A stretch of 62,933 bases of DNA from an uncultured Rikenellaceae bacterium. Lineage in GTDB: Bacteria; Bacteroidota; Bacteroidia; Bacteroidales; VadinHA17. The DNA lies in assembly GCA_964535035.1 (NCBI GenBank), contig CAZHRV010000010.1, positions 1 through 62,933 on the forward strand, given 5' to 3'. A model generated the notes under the pieces. That model saw only the letters and a program-made list of their open reading frames with translations. It was not told the origin of the DNA and did no database searches. The translations under genes were made by a program, and so were the position numbers. How positions within the stretch are numbered: position 1 is the stretch's first letter; the number at the start of each line of letters is the position of its first letter. Shown here in pieces: positions 26,510 to 35,110 of this stretch.

Positions 26510-28108
26510 ATGAAAATCAGACGAACATTATTAATAGCCATGGCAGTATCTGTACTGCTTTCACAGGTTTCTTTCGCGCAGGTATTGAATGAGGGAACTT
26601 TTAAAATTGGAAGGACCCTTAGTCTGATAGATGCTTTTTATCTGGATACGGTCAATTTAGATAAGCTGACCGAAACAGTCATAATAGACCTGTTGAGGAA
26701 CCTTGATCCTCATTCAACTTATATTTCTGCAAAGGATGTAAAGGATATAAATGAACCACTGCAGGGAAATTTTGAAGGTATTGGAATACTGTTTAACCTT
26801 CTTAAGGATACGATCATTGTAATTGAACCTATCTCAGGAGGACCTTCCGAAAAGGTTGGATTACGTGCTGGAGACAGGATAATAAATATTGACGGAGAAA
26901 AAGTTACCGGGATAGGGATTACCACTACCGGTGTGAGAAGCAAATTACTGGGATCAAAGGGAACAAAGGTTAATATTAATATCTTCAGAAAAGGAGAAAA
27001 GGATATTCTCGACTTTACAATCACACGGGATAAAATACCAATAAACAGTCTTGATGCAGCCTATATGCTTGATAAAGAAACCGGTTATGTAAAACTCAAT
27101 AAATTTGCCATAACTACAGTACAAGAATTTGAGACTGCACTGGATACTCTTCTCACAAGCGACATGAAAAATATTGTTATTGACCTCCGTGGTAATGGCG
27201 GAGGAGTAATGACTGCTGCGATTGAGCTGGCAAACTATTTTTTTTCAAACAGGAATCTGCTGGTATACATTAAAGGAAGAAAGAAACCCAGAGAAGATTA
27301 TAAATCCTCCGGAACCGGACCTCTGGTGCTGGCCAGAGTGGTTGTCCTTACAGATGAGAGTTCAGCATCCGCAAGCGAGATATTTGCCGGTGCTCTTCAG
27401 GACTGGGACAGAGGCGTGATTATTGGAAGACGTACCTTTGGAAAAGGACTGGTACAGAATGGTTACTATCTTACCGACGGTTCAATGATCAGGCTTTCAA
27501 TTGCACGTTACTACACACCAACCGGCCGATTGATACAGAGGCCTTACAACGAGGGTTATGATAAATATGTTTCTGATTTTTATGAGAGATACGCAGACGG
27601 AGAGATGATGTCGGCCGACAGCGTCCATTTTCCGGATTCACTGAAGTTCAAAACTCTGATCAACAAGCGAACGGTTTATGGCGGAGGCGGTATTATGCCT
27701 GATATCTTTGTTCCGGCAGACACGACAAATTATTCCGATTATTACAGGGCGCTGGTAAGGAAAGGAATACTCAATTCATTTATCCTTGAATATGCTGACA
27801 ATAACAGGAAGACGATAATGTCAGAGTTTAAAACCTTTGATGATTTTAAAGATCACTTTGAATTCTCGGAAACTGAATTAAAAGATTTCATTGCGAAAGG
27901 AGAGGAGGCGGGCATAAAATATAATGAGAAACAGTATAAAACATCTGAAAAAGGGATCCTTATGGTGTTGAAAGCCCTGGTGGCAAATAATATATGGCAG
28001 ACAAATGAATATTATCGTATTGTCAACGAAGATGATAAGGTAATTAAGAAAGCCCTTGAGATAATTTCAGAAATGGATAATTATAACAGGATACTCGGAT
28101 ACCTTTAG
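26510..28108 (+). CDS. S41-family carboxy-terminal processing peptidase
   Basis: It has a signal peptide and a PDZ-like region (GLRAGDRIINIDG). The catalytic context reads LTDESSASASEIFAGA...TFGKG. The start is taken at MKIRRT. Confidence 0.88.
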   Translation: MKIRRTLLIAMAVSVLLSQVSFAQVLNEGTFKIGRTLSLIDAFYLDTVNLDKLTETVIIDLLRNLDPHSTYISAKDVKDINEPLQGNFEGIGILFNLLKDTIIVIEPISGGPSEKVGLRAGDRIINIDGEKVTGIGITTTGVRSKLLGSKGTKVNINIFRKGEKDILDFTITRDKIPINSLDAAYMLDKETGYVKLNKFAITTVQEFETALDTLLTSDMKNIVIDLRGNGGGVMTAAIELANYFFSNRNLLVYIKGRKKPREDYKSSGTGPLVLARVVVLTDESSASASEIFAGALQDWDRGVIIGRRTFGKGLVQNGYYLTDGSMIRLSIARYYTPTGRLIQRPYNEGYDKYVSDFYERYADGEMMSADSVHFPDSLKFKTLINKRTVYGGGGIMPDIFVPADTTNYSDYYRALVRKGILNSFILEYADNNRKTIMSEFKTFDDFKDHFEFSETELKDFIAKGEEAGIKYNEKQYKTSEKGILMVLKALVANNIWQTNEYYRIVNEDDKVIKKALEIISEMDNYNRILGYL

Positions 28109-28135
28109 TCCCCGGTTACAGGCAATGATCTGTTT

Positions 28136-28564
28136 TCAGCCGGTTCTGCTGGCATTATAGAAAAACTCATAATCGTAGTTGATATCACCTTCAACTTCAC
28201 TTTCAGTATATGACCAAACCAATATATCTTCATCAATGGTTATTTCCCATGTGAGCGCTCCATTTAAGAAATTCAATGTAAGTGTACTGCCGCTAAGTGT
28301 CCAGGTGAAGTTACCTGACATTTGATTATCCTCATACATTATTCCAACTCCTTCTTCAGCAAACTGGATGGCCATCTCACCACTTTCAAAATAATTGGTG
28401 ACTTCCTGTTTCCTTACATTGTTAACATAGACGACATACTTAAATAATGTTACCTCCCATTTACCTATAATTGCCTCATTAAGAGGCAGTTCTTTTTTGC
28501 ATGATGTTACCATTGAAGAAAGAAAAAGCACTGCTGCAACCGGGAAACAGATATGTCTTTTCAT
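28136..28564 (-). CDS. Lipocalin-like lipoprotein (hypothetical)
   Basis: 142 aa with a lipobox-like MVTSC and the pattern IIGKWEV. Confidence 0.5.
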   Translation of the reverse strand: MKRHICFPVAAVLFLSSMVTSCKKELPLNEAIIGKWEVTLFKYVVYVNNVRKQEVTNYFESGEMAIQFAEEGVGIMYEDNQMSGNFTWTLSGSTLTLNFLNGALTWEITIDEDILVWSYTESEVEGDINYDYEFFYNASRTG

Positions 28565-28691
28565 TGTATATAAGATTAATTTCCGGAAAGATAGTTTATT
28601 ATGATGATATTATAAAACGGAATGATTATACTTCTCGTATAGGAACAGAAAATATTAATTTTGAAAGATATTATCAGTTATTCTATTGACA

Positions 28692-29828
28692 ATGAAATTT
28701 ATTGCAAAAACATTGTATGGTTTGGAGGAGGTTCTTGCTGCGGAACTTCGTGAACTTGGTGTATCTGAGGTAAAGCCCGTTAACCGTGCAGTGTCATTCT
28801 CAGGCAGCAGGGAAACTATGTACAGGGTTAATTACTGCGTCAGAACAGCTCTTTCGGTCCTGTTGCATGTATCGGGTTTCAGGATCAGGTCAAAGGAGGA
28901 TCTTTACAGAAAGGCTTCAGAAGTCGACTGGTCAACTATCATGGATGCTGACAGTACCTTTTCTGTTGTTCCGGTAGTCAATTCAAAGATTTTCGAACAT
29001 ACAGGTTATCCGGGATTGGTTGTCAAAGATGCAATAGTTGATTATTTCCGTAAGCTGACAGGCCGCAGGCCAGTGGTTGATTCAGATAATCCCGGAGTTA
29101 TAGTAAATCTTCATATAAGCAATGACTCTGCAGATATCTCACTAGATTCTTCAGGAGCACCTTTATTTAAGCGCGGTTACCGGACAATACCGGCTGCTGC
29201 CCCCCTTAATGAGGTACTTGCAGCCGGCATCCTCATGCTTTCGGAATGGAATGCATCGGCTTCCTTTACAGATCCGATGTGCGGATCAGGAACGATACCT
29301 GTCGAAGCAGGATTAATTGCATGCAATATACCTCCGGGAAAATTCAGAAAGTCTTTTGGATTTACCAGATGGAACGACTTTGATGAGAAACTGTTCGCCA
29401 ATATTAAAAAAGAAGCGAATAACCTTATTTGTGAGTGTCCTGTCCGGATTTCAGCAAGTGATATTTCGGAACAGGCTGTAAGGCAGACTATTATTAATGC
29501 CGGAAATGCAGGATTATCAGAGACAATAACTGTTGAAGTGTCAGATTTTAAAGATGTTAAGCCAGTTGATGACAAGGGATATTTGTTCATCAATCCTCCT
29601 TATGGACTGAGGCTGAAGCCTGAAGAGCCGGACATGCTTTACAGTATGATTGGAAGTACACTCAAGCACAACTTTCCAGGTCACAGGGTATGGATAATAA
29701 CATCGGGTAAGGAATACCTCGAAAAAATAGGACTTAAGACTAAATCAAAGCGCACTCTTTATAATGGCCCGCTGAAATGTATTCTTGCGGAATATGAGAT
29801 GTATCAGGGTACAAGGAAATGGCAGTAA
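28692..29828 (+). CDS. THUMP-domain class I SAM-dependent RNA methyltransferase
   Basis: It has DPMCGSGT and NPPYG motifs. The start is taken at ATG 28692. Confidence 0.85.
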   Translation: MKFIAKTLYGLEEVLAAELRELGVSEVKPVNRAVSFSGSRETMYRVNYCVRTALSVLLHVSGFRIRSKEDLYRKASEVDWSTIMDADSTFSVVPVVNSKIFEHTGYPGLVVKDAIVDYFRKLTGRRPVVDSDNPGVIVNLHISNDSADISLDSSGAPLFKRGYRTIPAAAPLNEVLAAGILMLSEWNASASFTDPMCGSGTIPVEAGLIACNIPPGKFRKSFGFTRWNDFDEKLFANIKKEANNLICECPVRISASDISEQAVRQTIINAGNAGLSETITVEVSDFKDVKPVDDKGYLFINPPYGLRLKPEEPDMLYSMIGSTLKHNFPGHRVWIITSGKEYLEKIGLKTKSKRTLYNGPLKCILAEYEMYQGTRKWQ

Positions 29829-29948
29829 GCTGTTAAATGGATAAAAAATGCTGTTTATCACAACAATTGTATACCTTTATCAAAAAATCGGGCATATTTT
29901 GTTAAATTCAAGTGGACAAGTTATAATTTGGTAACTTCATATTTTTAT

Positions 29949-29956
29949 TATATTTG
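29949..29956 (+). promoter_or_regulatory. Bacteroidota -7 promoter motif TATATTTG
   Basis: Lies 40 nt upstream of the SiaB-like gene. Confidence 0.45.
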
Positions 29957-29995
29957 TTATCGGAAAAAGAGACCTTATCCATAAAAGAAGCTTAA

Positions 29996-30553
29996 ATGAG
30001 CTTTGATATTGAGAATTACGTAAAGGGCCAGGCCAAAAACAATGTTATCCTTTTTTATAAGGGTAATGTTGATTCAGATGTTATCAATCATGTTCTTGAT
30101 ACGGTTGAAGACAGAATGGAAGAAGTGAATGAGCAGTCAAAGCTCAGGAAAAAGGTCTATAATGTCCTTGTGGAAAGTCTGCAGAATCTTTATCATCATG
30201 TTGATAAAGTACCGGACGATTTTGAGGATCAGACCTCAGAGAAGTATGGCCTGCTTGTAGTTCAGAAAGTTGATAGTGGTTATAAAATAATTACCGGGAA
30301 CTTCGTTCATGCTGATAATATTGAAAAACTTGAAGAAAAAATAAAGAGGATCAACAGATCATCCCATGAGGAGATTAAGGAGCTCTATAAATTTATCCTT
30401 AATCATCAGAGGATATCCGCAAAGGGCGGGGGAGGACTTGGTCTTGTTGATATTGCAAGGAAAACAGGCAATAAACTTGAATATACTTTCAAGGAATACA
30501 ACGACAAATACTCATTTTTTTACCTGAATATTTTAGTAAACGAAGAAATATAA
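29996..30553 (+). CDS. SiaB-like GHKL-fold protein kinase
   Basis: 185 aa. It has an N-box-like ESLQNLYHH and a G-box AKGGGGLGLVDIARKTG. The gene directly precedes a DUF1987/SiaC-like gene. Confidence 0.7.
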   Translation: MSFDIENYVKGQAKNNVILFYKGNVDSDVINHVLDTVEDRMEEVNEQSKLRKKVYNVLVESLQNLYHHVDKVPDDFEDQTSEKYGLLVVQKVDSGYKIITGNFVHADNIEKLEEKIKRINRSSHEEIKELYKFILNHQRISAKGGGGLGLVDIARKTGNKLEYTFKEYNDKYSFFYLNILVNEEI

Positions 30554-30599
30554 TCCAGTTAACGATCAATCAAATAAACAAACTTAAAAATTTAATAAA

Positions 30600-30980
30600 A
30601 TGGAACCGATCATTATTGAAGGAACACCGAAAACCCCAACAGTTAAATTTGATGCATCTGAAGGCGTATTTGAGATCAAAGGACGTTCGATACCCGAAAA
30701 CTCAGTCGAATTTTACAAACCGCTTGTAGACTGGCTCGACAATTATAAAGAATCGCCTCTTGAAAAGACTGTCGTGAATATCAGGCTGGAGTATTTTAAC
30801 ACCAGCTCCTCTAAATGCATACTTGATGTATTTAAAAAGCTGGAGGCGATACATAAGGCTAAGAATGAAGTGGAAGTAAACTGGTATTATGAGGAGGACG
30901 ACGAAGACATGCTGGAGGCCGGTGAGGATTATGAATCTATCATAAGAGTACCCTTCAAAATGATAGAAATAGTAGAATAA
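30600..30980 (+). CDS. SiaC-like (DUF1987) regulatory phosphoprotein
   Basis: 126 aa. It contains GRSIPENSVEFYKPLVDWL, LEYFNTSSSK (phospho-site region) and VNWYYEEDDEDM, which match my recollection of Pseudomonas SiaC. Confidence 0.8.
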   Translation: MEPIIIEGTPKTPTVKFDASEGVFEIKGRSIPENSVEFYKPLVDWLDNYKESPLEKTVVNIRLEYFNTSSSKCILDVFKKLEAIHKAKNEVEVNWYYEEDDEDMLEAGEDYESIIRVPFKMIEIVE

Positions 30981-31029
30981 TTTCTATTATTATGAGTTGA
31001 TAATTTTCAGATCGGTTTTTCCAAAAACT

Positions 31030-31059
31030 AAAGAGGGGCTTTTGCGGAAGCCCCTCTTT
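31030..31059. terminator. Bidirectional intrinsic terminator hairpin
   Basis: AAAGAGGGGCTT-TTGCGG-AAGCCCCTCTTT forms a 12-bp perfect stem. It is flanked by A-run/T-run sequence and abuts the ABC gene stop codon. Confidence 0.8.
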
Positions 31060-31060
31060 G

Positions 31061-34000
31061 TTATTCTGATCCCTTAAATTTCTTTCCCATAACCACCTCT
31101 CCTGAATCCAGAAGTCTCTTCAGAAGCCTGAAAGAGAGAGCAAGATAAAGACCAATTGTCATAACCCATAGCACTATCACGTTGACTACAAATGTGTCTG
31201 CTTCCAGTCCGAATATCTTTTTCCCGGGGGCATAAAAATGAGCTTTAATAAAATTATGTTTCGGATCCATATAAATAGGATCCATCTTCTGAATTATTTC
31301 TCCATTATATTCAACGATCTTTTTCGTTTCATTCTTGTTGGTAACAAACTCTTCAAGAGATTCATTGGTATACATATCCCTGAGTTCAAGGAATCCTTCA
31401 CTGTCCTTCGACTGCAGCTTCGTTAAAAGCTCCTGTTTTCGATCGTTTGCATTGTTTGAATAGGATATATAGTATCTTCTGATCAGATCAACATAGTTGA
31501 GTGCAGACATAACTATCTCAGGTGTTACTTTTTCAGGTGTGAGAGATTCAGCGTATTCAAATTTGATATCAGGTGTCAGCTCCAGTTCTTTTTTTATTTC
31601 ATTGTATGATACAAGAAGGTTCTGATCAAAATTTTCTCTTCTGGTTCCCTTATCAAGGTCGTTCATGGTAATCAACAGTTTCCCTTTAACCTCGTTGTAC
31701 CAGAAGTCTTTTTTATATTTTGCCTTGCTTAAGGCTTTATCATATACATAGAACTTGCTCTCGTATTTATTGTCCATGAACTGCCTTACAGCAAGAGCTT
31801 CATATCCCCAGCGTGCAGTTATCATTTCGCCATACCAGGGTATTGAAATTGGAGAAGACATATTGGGATTCAGCTTTTCAAACTTAACCATAATTCCACT
31901 TAGAATTATCTGGGGAATTACCAGGAATGGTATTAGTATATAGATTGTAACGACTGTTTTAAAGCTGTCGGAAATTACCAGTCCCAGCATATTAGCTCCG
32001 GCCCAGCAGCTAAAGAGAACTAGCCAGTATTCAAACCACATCCCCCTTATCCCGGTTATGCTGTTACCTATTATAACAAAGGTCAATGCCTGAATAGCTG
32101 AAATACCCAGCTGCACAAATACTTTCGACATAAGATAACTGTTCCAGCTCAGGTTAAGAAATGCCTCTCTCTTTAAGATTTTCCTGTCTTTGATGATCTC
32201 TTCGGCACTCACTGTGAGGCCCATAAATATTGCTATAATCACAGACATGAAAATGTAAACCGGCAAGTTGCTGTTTTCATATAATGTATACTTCGGATTA
32301 ACTGCACTTTCATCGAAATACCTTATCAGAAATGAAAGGGCGAGAGCAAGTACAGGTGCCTCCAGCAGAGTTATCAGCATGTATTGTGTATCGGCTATTT
32401 TCGAAAGTATATCACGTTTCGTAAATACAAGCCACTGTTTGAACTTGTTGGGCGTTTTGAAATTGATCTCAGGAATTGTGGTACCCTCTTCAATGACATC
32501 CTCCCTGTTTTCTGCTTTAAAATGGTTACTCCAGTCAGCAGGTGAAATACGTCTTAAATCCGTCGGCTGTCCGTTTTCAGTGAATACCCTCGTTTCAACA
32601 ATATTAAAGATCTGTTCAGGGTTCACATTACCGCATACATAACACTCACTTTCGGCATAATTTGCCTGTTCAATTTTTTTCTTGAAGTATTCGATCGACT
32701 CAATAGGATTGCCATTATATATAAGATAACCACCAGTATCAAGAATAATGAGCTTATCGAACATCTTGAAAATATCGGACGATGGCTGATGAATTACAAT
32801 GAAAAGAAGCTTTCCCTTGCGTGCAAGTTCTTTGAGGAGGTCAAGGATATTTTCAGAGTCGCGTGATGAAAGACCAGATGTGGGTTCATCAAGGAACATG
32901 ATCGAAGGCTCCCGGATAAGTTCAAGGGATATATTCAGCCTTTTTCTTTGTCCTCCGCTTATCTTCTTATTCAGGGGGCTGCCAACCTTCATATCGCGTA
33001 TCTCGAACAGGCCGAGATTCTTCAATGTATTATCGACTCTTGCAACTATCTCATCATCAGTGAGATTATCAAAACATAACTTTGCGTTGTAGTAAAGATT
33101 CTCAAAAACAGTGAGCTCTTCGATCAGAAGGTCATCCTGTGATACATAACCTATCAGTCCCTTGATCTTCTCCCTGTCCCTGTGAATACTTACCCCATTT
33201 ATCAGAACTTCACCATCATAGGGATCATTAATACCGTTAAGTACGCTGAGAAGTGTTGATTTGCCGGCACCGCTCGCACCCATGATGCCAACCATTCTTC
33301 CCGATTCCTCCCTGAAGCTCATATGATGGATACCTACTTTGCCGCTCTTAAACCGGTATTCCAGGTTATTTACTTCATAAACAACCCTCGATGCCCTGAA
33401 CTCCTCTTTCATGAACTGCATCGTCACATCCCAGTAGTAAATAGGTTTTATCTTATATCCCTTAATTGAAGAGCCCTGGCTGAAAGGATAGACTTTCTCT
33501 TCCTGCAGCAGCTGCCCGTTCATCGATAACTCACCCGATCCTTTGAACCTGGTAAAATACATTGATACTGAAGGAACGAAAAGGATCCAGATCTGTCCTT
33601 TAAGGAGCTCCTTGTATACATGTTTTCCTTTCTTCAGGTCTGATCCTTCATTACCGTCTATTAAAAGAATATTATTGTGATCAGGAATATTATCGAATGA
33701 ATTACGTACAAATCCTTCAATAAAACCATATTCCTCCTCGGAGATATTTAATCCTTCAGCAAGGGTACTTATAAATCCGAGTTCAAGCTGGCTGATTTCT
33801 TTACTGCCTGATTTACAGAATTCAAGTGCCTGAATTACAACAACAATTCTCTGTTCCTGGGCCAGCTGCCCCTCTTCATTGATATCTTTGCAGAGCTTCC
33901 TTATTCTTATAGCTATTGCTCCTTCACGACGTTCTGCACTGCTTTTTTCAAGTTTTTTCCTGGCTTCCTCATAAGCTTCATCATATTTTGCCAGGTAAAC

Positions 34001-34132
34001 TTTTACAAGCTCCTGGTTCAGCAGACGTTTCAGGAAAGCCTCAACAACATCCCGTCTTTCAGTGTCATCAGCCTGAGGCTTGGCTATCAGAGCAAAGAGC
34101 TGCATCAGGGTTTCAAGGATCTTTTCACTCAT
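31061..34132 (-). CDS. ABC transporter, fused ATPase plus ABC-2 type permease, with an N-terminal regulatory region and a C-terminal extra domain
   Basis: 1023 aa. Walker A (GASGAGKST) is at about aa 285, followed by the signature ISGGQRKRL and Walker B (IMFLDEPTSGL). About six TM helices span aa 575-790, and a final TM lies near aa 990. Confidence 0.85.
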   Translation of the reverse strand: MSEKILETLMQLFALIAKPQADDTERRDVVEAFLKRLLNQELVKVYLAKYDEAYEEARKKLEKSSAERREGAIAIRIRKLCKDINEEGQLAQEQRIVVVIQALEFCKSGSKEISQLELGFISTLAEGLNISEEEYGFIEGFVRNSFDNIPDHNNILLIDGNEGSDLKKGKHVYKELLKGQIWILFVPSVSMYFTRFKGSGELSMNGQLLQEEKVYPFSQGSSIKGYKIKPIYYWDVTMQFMKEEFRASRVVYEVNNLEYRFKSGKVGIHHMSFREESGRMVGIMGASGAGKSTLLSVLNGINDPYDGEVLINGVSIHRDREKIKGLIGYVSQDDLLIEELTVFENLYYNAKLCFDNLTDDEIVARVDNTLKNLGLFEIRDMKVGSPLNKKISGGQRKRLNISLELIREPSIMFLDEPTSGLSSRDSENILDLLKELARKGKLLFIVIHQPSSDIFKMFDKLIILDTGGYLIYNGNPIESIEYFKKKIEQANYAESECYVCGNVNPEQIFNIVETRVFTENGQPTDLRRISPADWSNHFKAENREDVIEEGTTIPEINFKTPNKFKQWLVFTKRDILSKIADTQYMLITLLEAPVLALALSFLIRYFDESAVNPKYTLYENSNLPVYIFMSVIIAIFMGLTVSAEEIIKDRKILKREAFLNLSWNSYLMSKVFVQLGISAIQALTFVIIGNSITGIRGMWFEYWLVLFSCWAGANMLGLVISDSFKTVVTIYILIPFLVIPQIILSGIMVKFEKLNPNMSSPISIPWYGEMITARWGYEALAVRQFMDNKYESKFYVYDKALSKAKYKKDFWYNEVKGKLLITMNDLDKGTRRENFDQNLLVSYNEIKKELELTPDIKFEYAESLTPEKVTPEIVMSALNYVDLIRRYYISYSNNANDRKQELLTKLQSKDSEGFLELRDMYTNESLEEFVTNKNETKKIVEYNGEIIQKMDPIYMDPKHNFIKAHFYAPGKKIFGLEADTFVVNVIVLWVMTIGLYLALSFRLLKRLLDSGEVVMGKKFKGSE

Positions 34133-34261
34133 AGAAGATCATTTTTTATTTGGACTTGAAGTTATAAATATTTTTCTTGGTGCAAAGAGTCGCAGATAAT
34201 GATTTGAATTTTTTTATTGCTGCTGGCAGATAATTTGTTCGGGAAAATGGGTGTTGACACA

Positions 34262-34597
34262 CTATTGCAGCGATTCCAGACATGTATCGAGATTATCGTA
34301 AATCTCGAAAATAGTATCCAGGTGGAGTGTTTTAAATACCTCCATAACAGATGGTTCGGGATTAATAAACTTCAGGACCCCGTAATTGTTCCTGGCGATT
34401 TTCATTATTGAGAGGAAACAACCAAATCCGGAACTATCGATATAATTAATGCCTTGCAGATTAATGACCACTTTTGAGTTTGTATTCTGATACAATTTAC
34501 TTATCTCCTCTCTGATATCCTCGGTGATCAGTGCATTGATTTTATCAATTGTAAAGGTTATGATATCTGCTTTGTCTGTCTTCTCAACAATTATCAT
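34262..34597 (-). CDS. STAS-domain anti-sigma-antagonist-like protein
   Basis: 111 aa with the motif INYIDSSGFG. Its ATG directly abuts the Hpt stop codon (TGAATG). Confidence 0.8.
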   Translation of the reverse strand: MIIVEKTDKADIITFTIDKINALITEDIREEISKLYQNTNSKVVINLQGINYIDSSGFGCFLSIMKIARNNYGVLKFINPEPSVMEVFKTLHLDTIFEIYDNLDTCLESLQ

Positions 34598-34960
34598 TCA
34601 ATCCTGCTTTAAACTGTTATTGATAAGATTATCAAGCTCTTTAAGTGCCTCATCAGTATCATTTTTGAATCTTGCAATATAAGATTCATACTTATCTGTC
34701 TCAATTCCCTCCTTTGCCTGGAGTTCAAATGTCTTAAGCATCACTGCCAGATCGTTTATTCCTATTATTGCTACTGACGATTTAGCTTTATGGGCCAGCA
34801 GACCTAGGGAATGATAATCCTTTGCAGCCAGAAATGAAGTCATATCATTATAAAATTCTTCTGTCTGTTCCCTGAAAAGGTTGACAATTTCAATGATTAT
34901 ACTATTGTCTCCTCCCGATACCGATTCCAGATACTCAACATTAATATATTTGTAATCCAT
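34598..34960 (-). CDS. Hpt (histidine phosphotransfer) domain protein
   Basis: 120 aa and helical, with the AHKAKSS phospho-histidine motif. Confidence 0.75.
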   Translation of the reverse strand: MDYKYINVEYLESVSGGDNSIIIEIVNLFREQTEEFYNDMTSFLAAKDYHSLGLLAHKAKSSVAIIGINDLAVMLKTFELQAKEGIETDKYESYIARFKNDTDEALKELDNLINNSLKQD

Positions 34961-35006
34961 TATAATACAAAATAAAAGACCGGTTCATTTAGTATCAGGT
35001 ATTGAG

Positions 35007-35014
35007 CAAATATA
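35007..35014 (-). promoter_or_regulatory. Bacteroidota -7 promoter motif (TATATTTG on the minus strand)
   Basis: Lies 47 nt upstream of the Hpt start. Confidence 0.4.
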
Positions 35015-35110
35015 ACAATATTTTTTTTGGCAAAGTCGATTATCAAGTATTTAGAAAGGTTTTTTAAAAAGGAAATAAGTACTACTTTTGGAATGATAAA
35101 AATTTGCATT

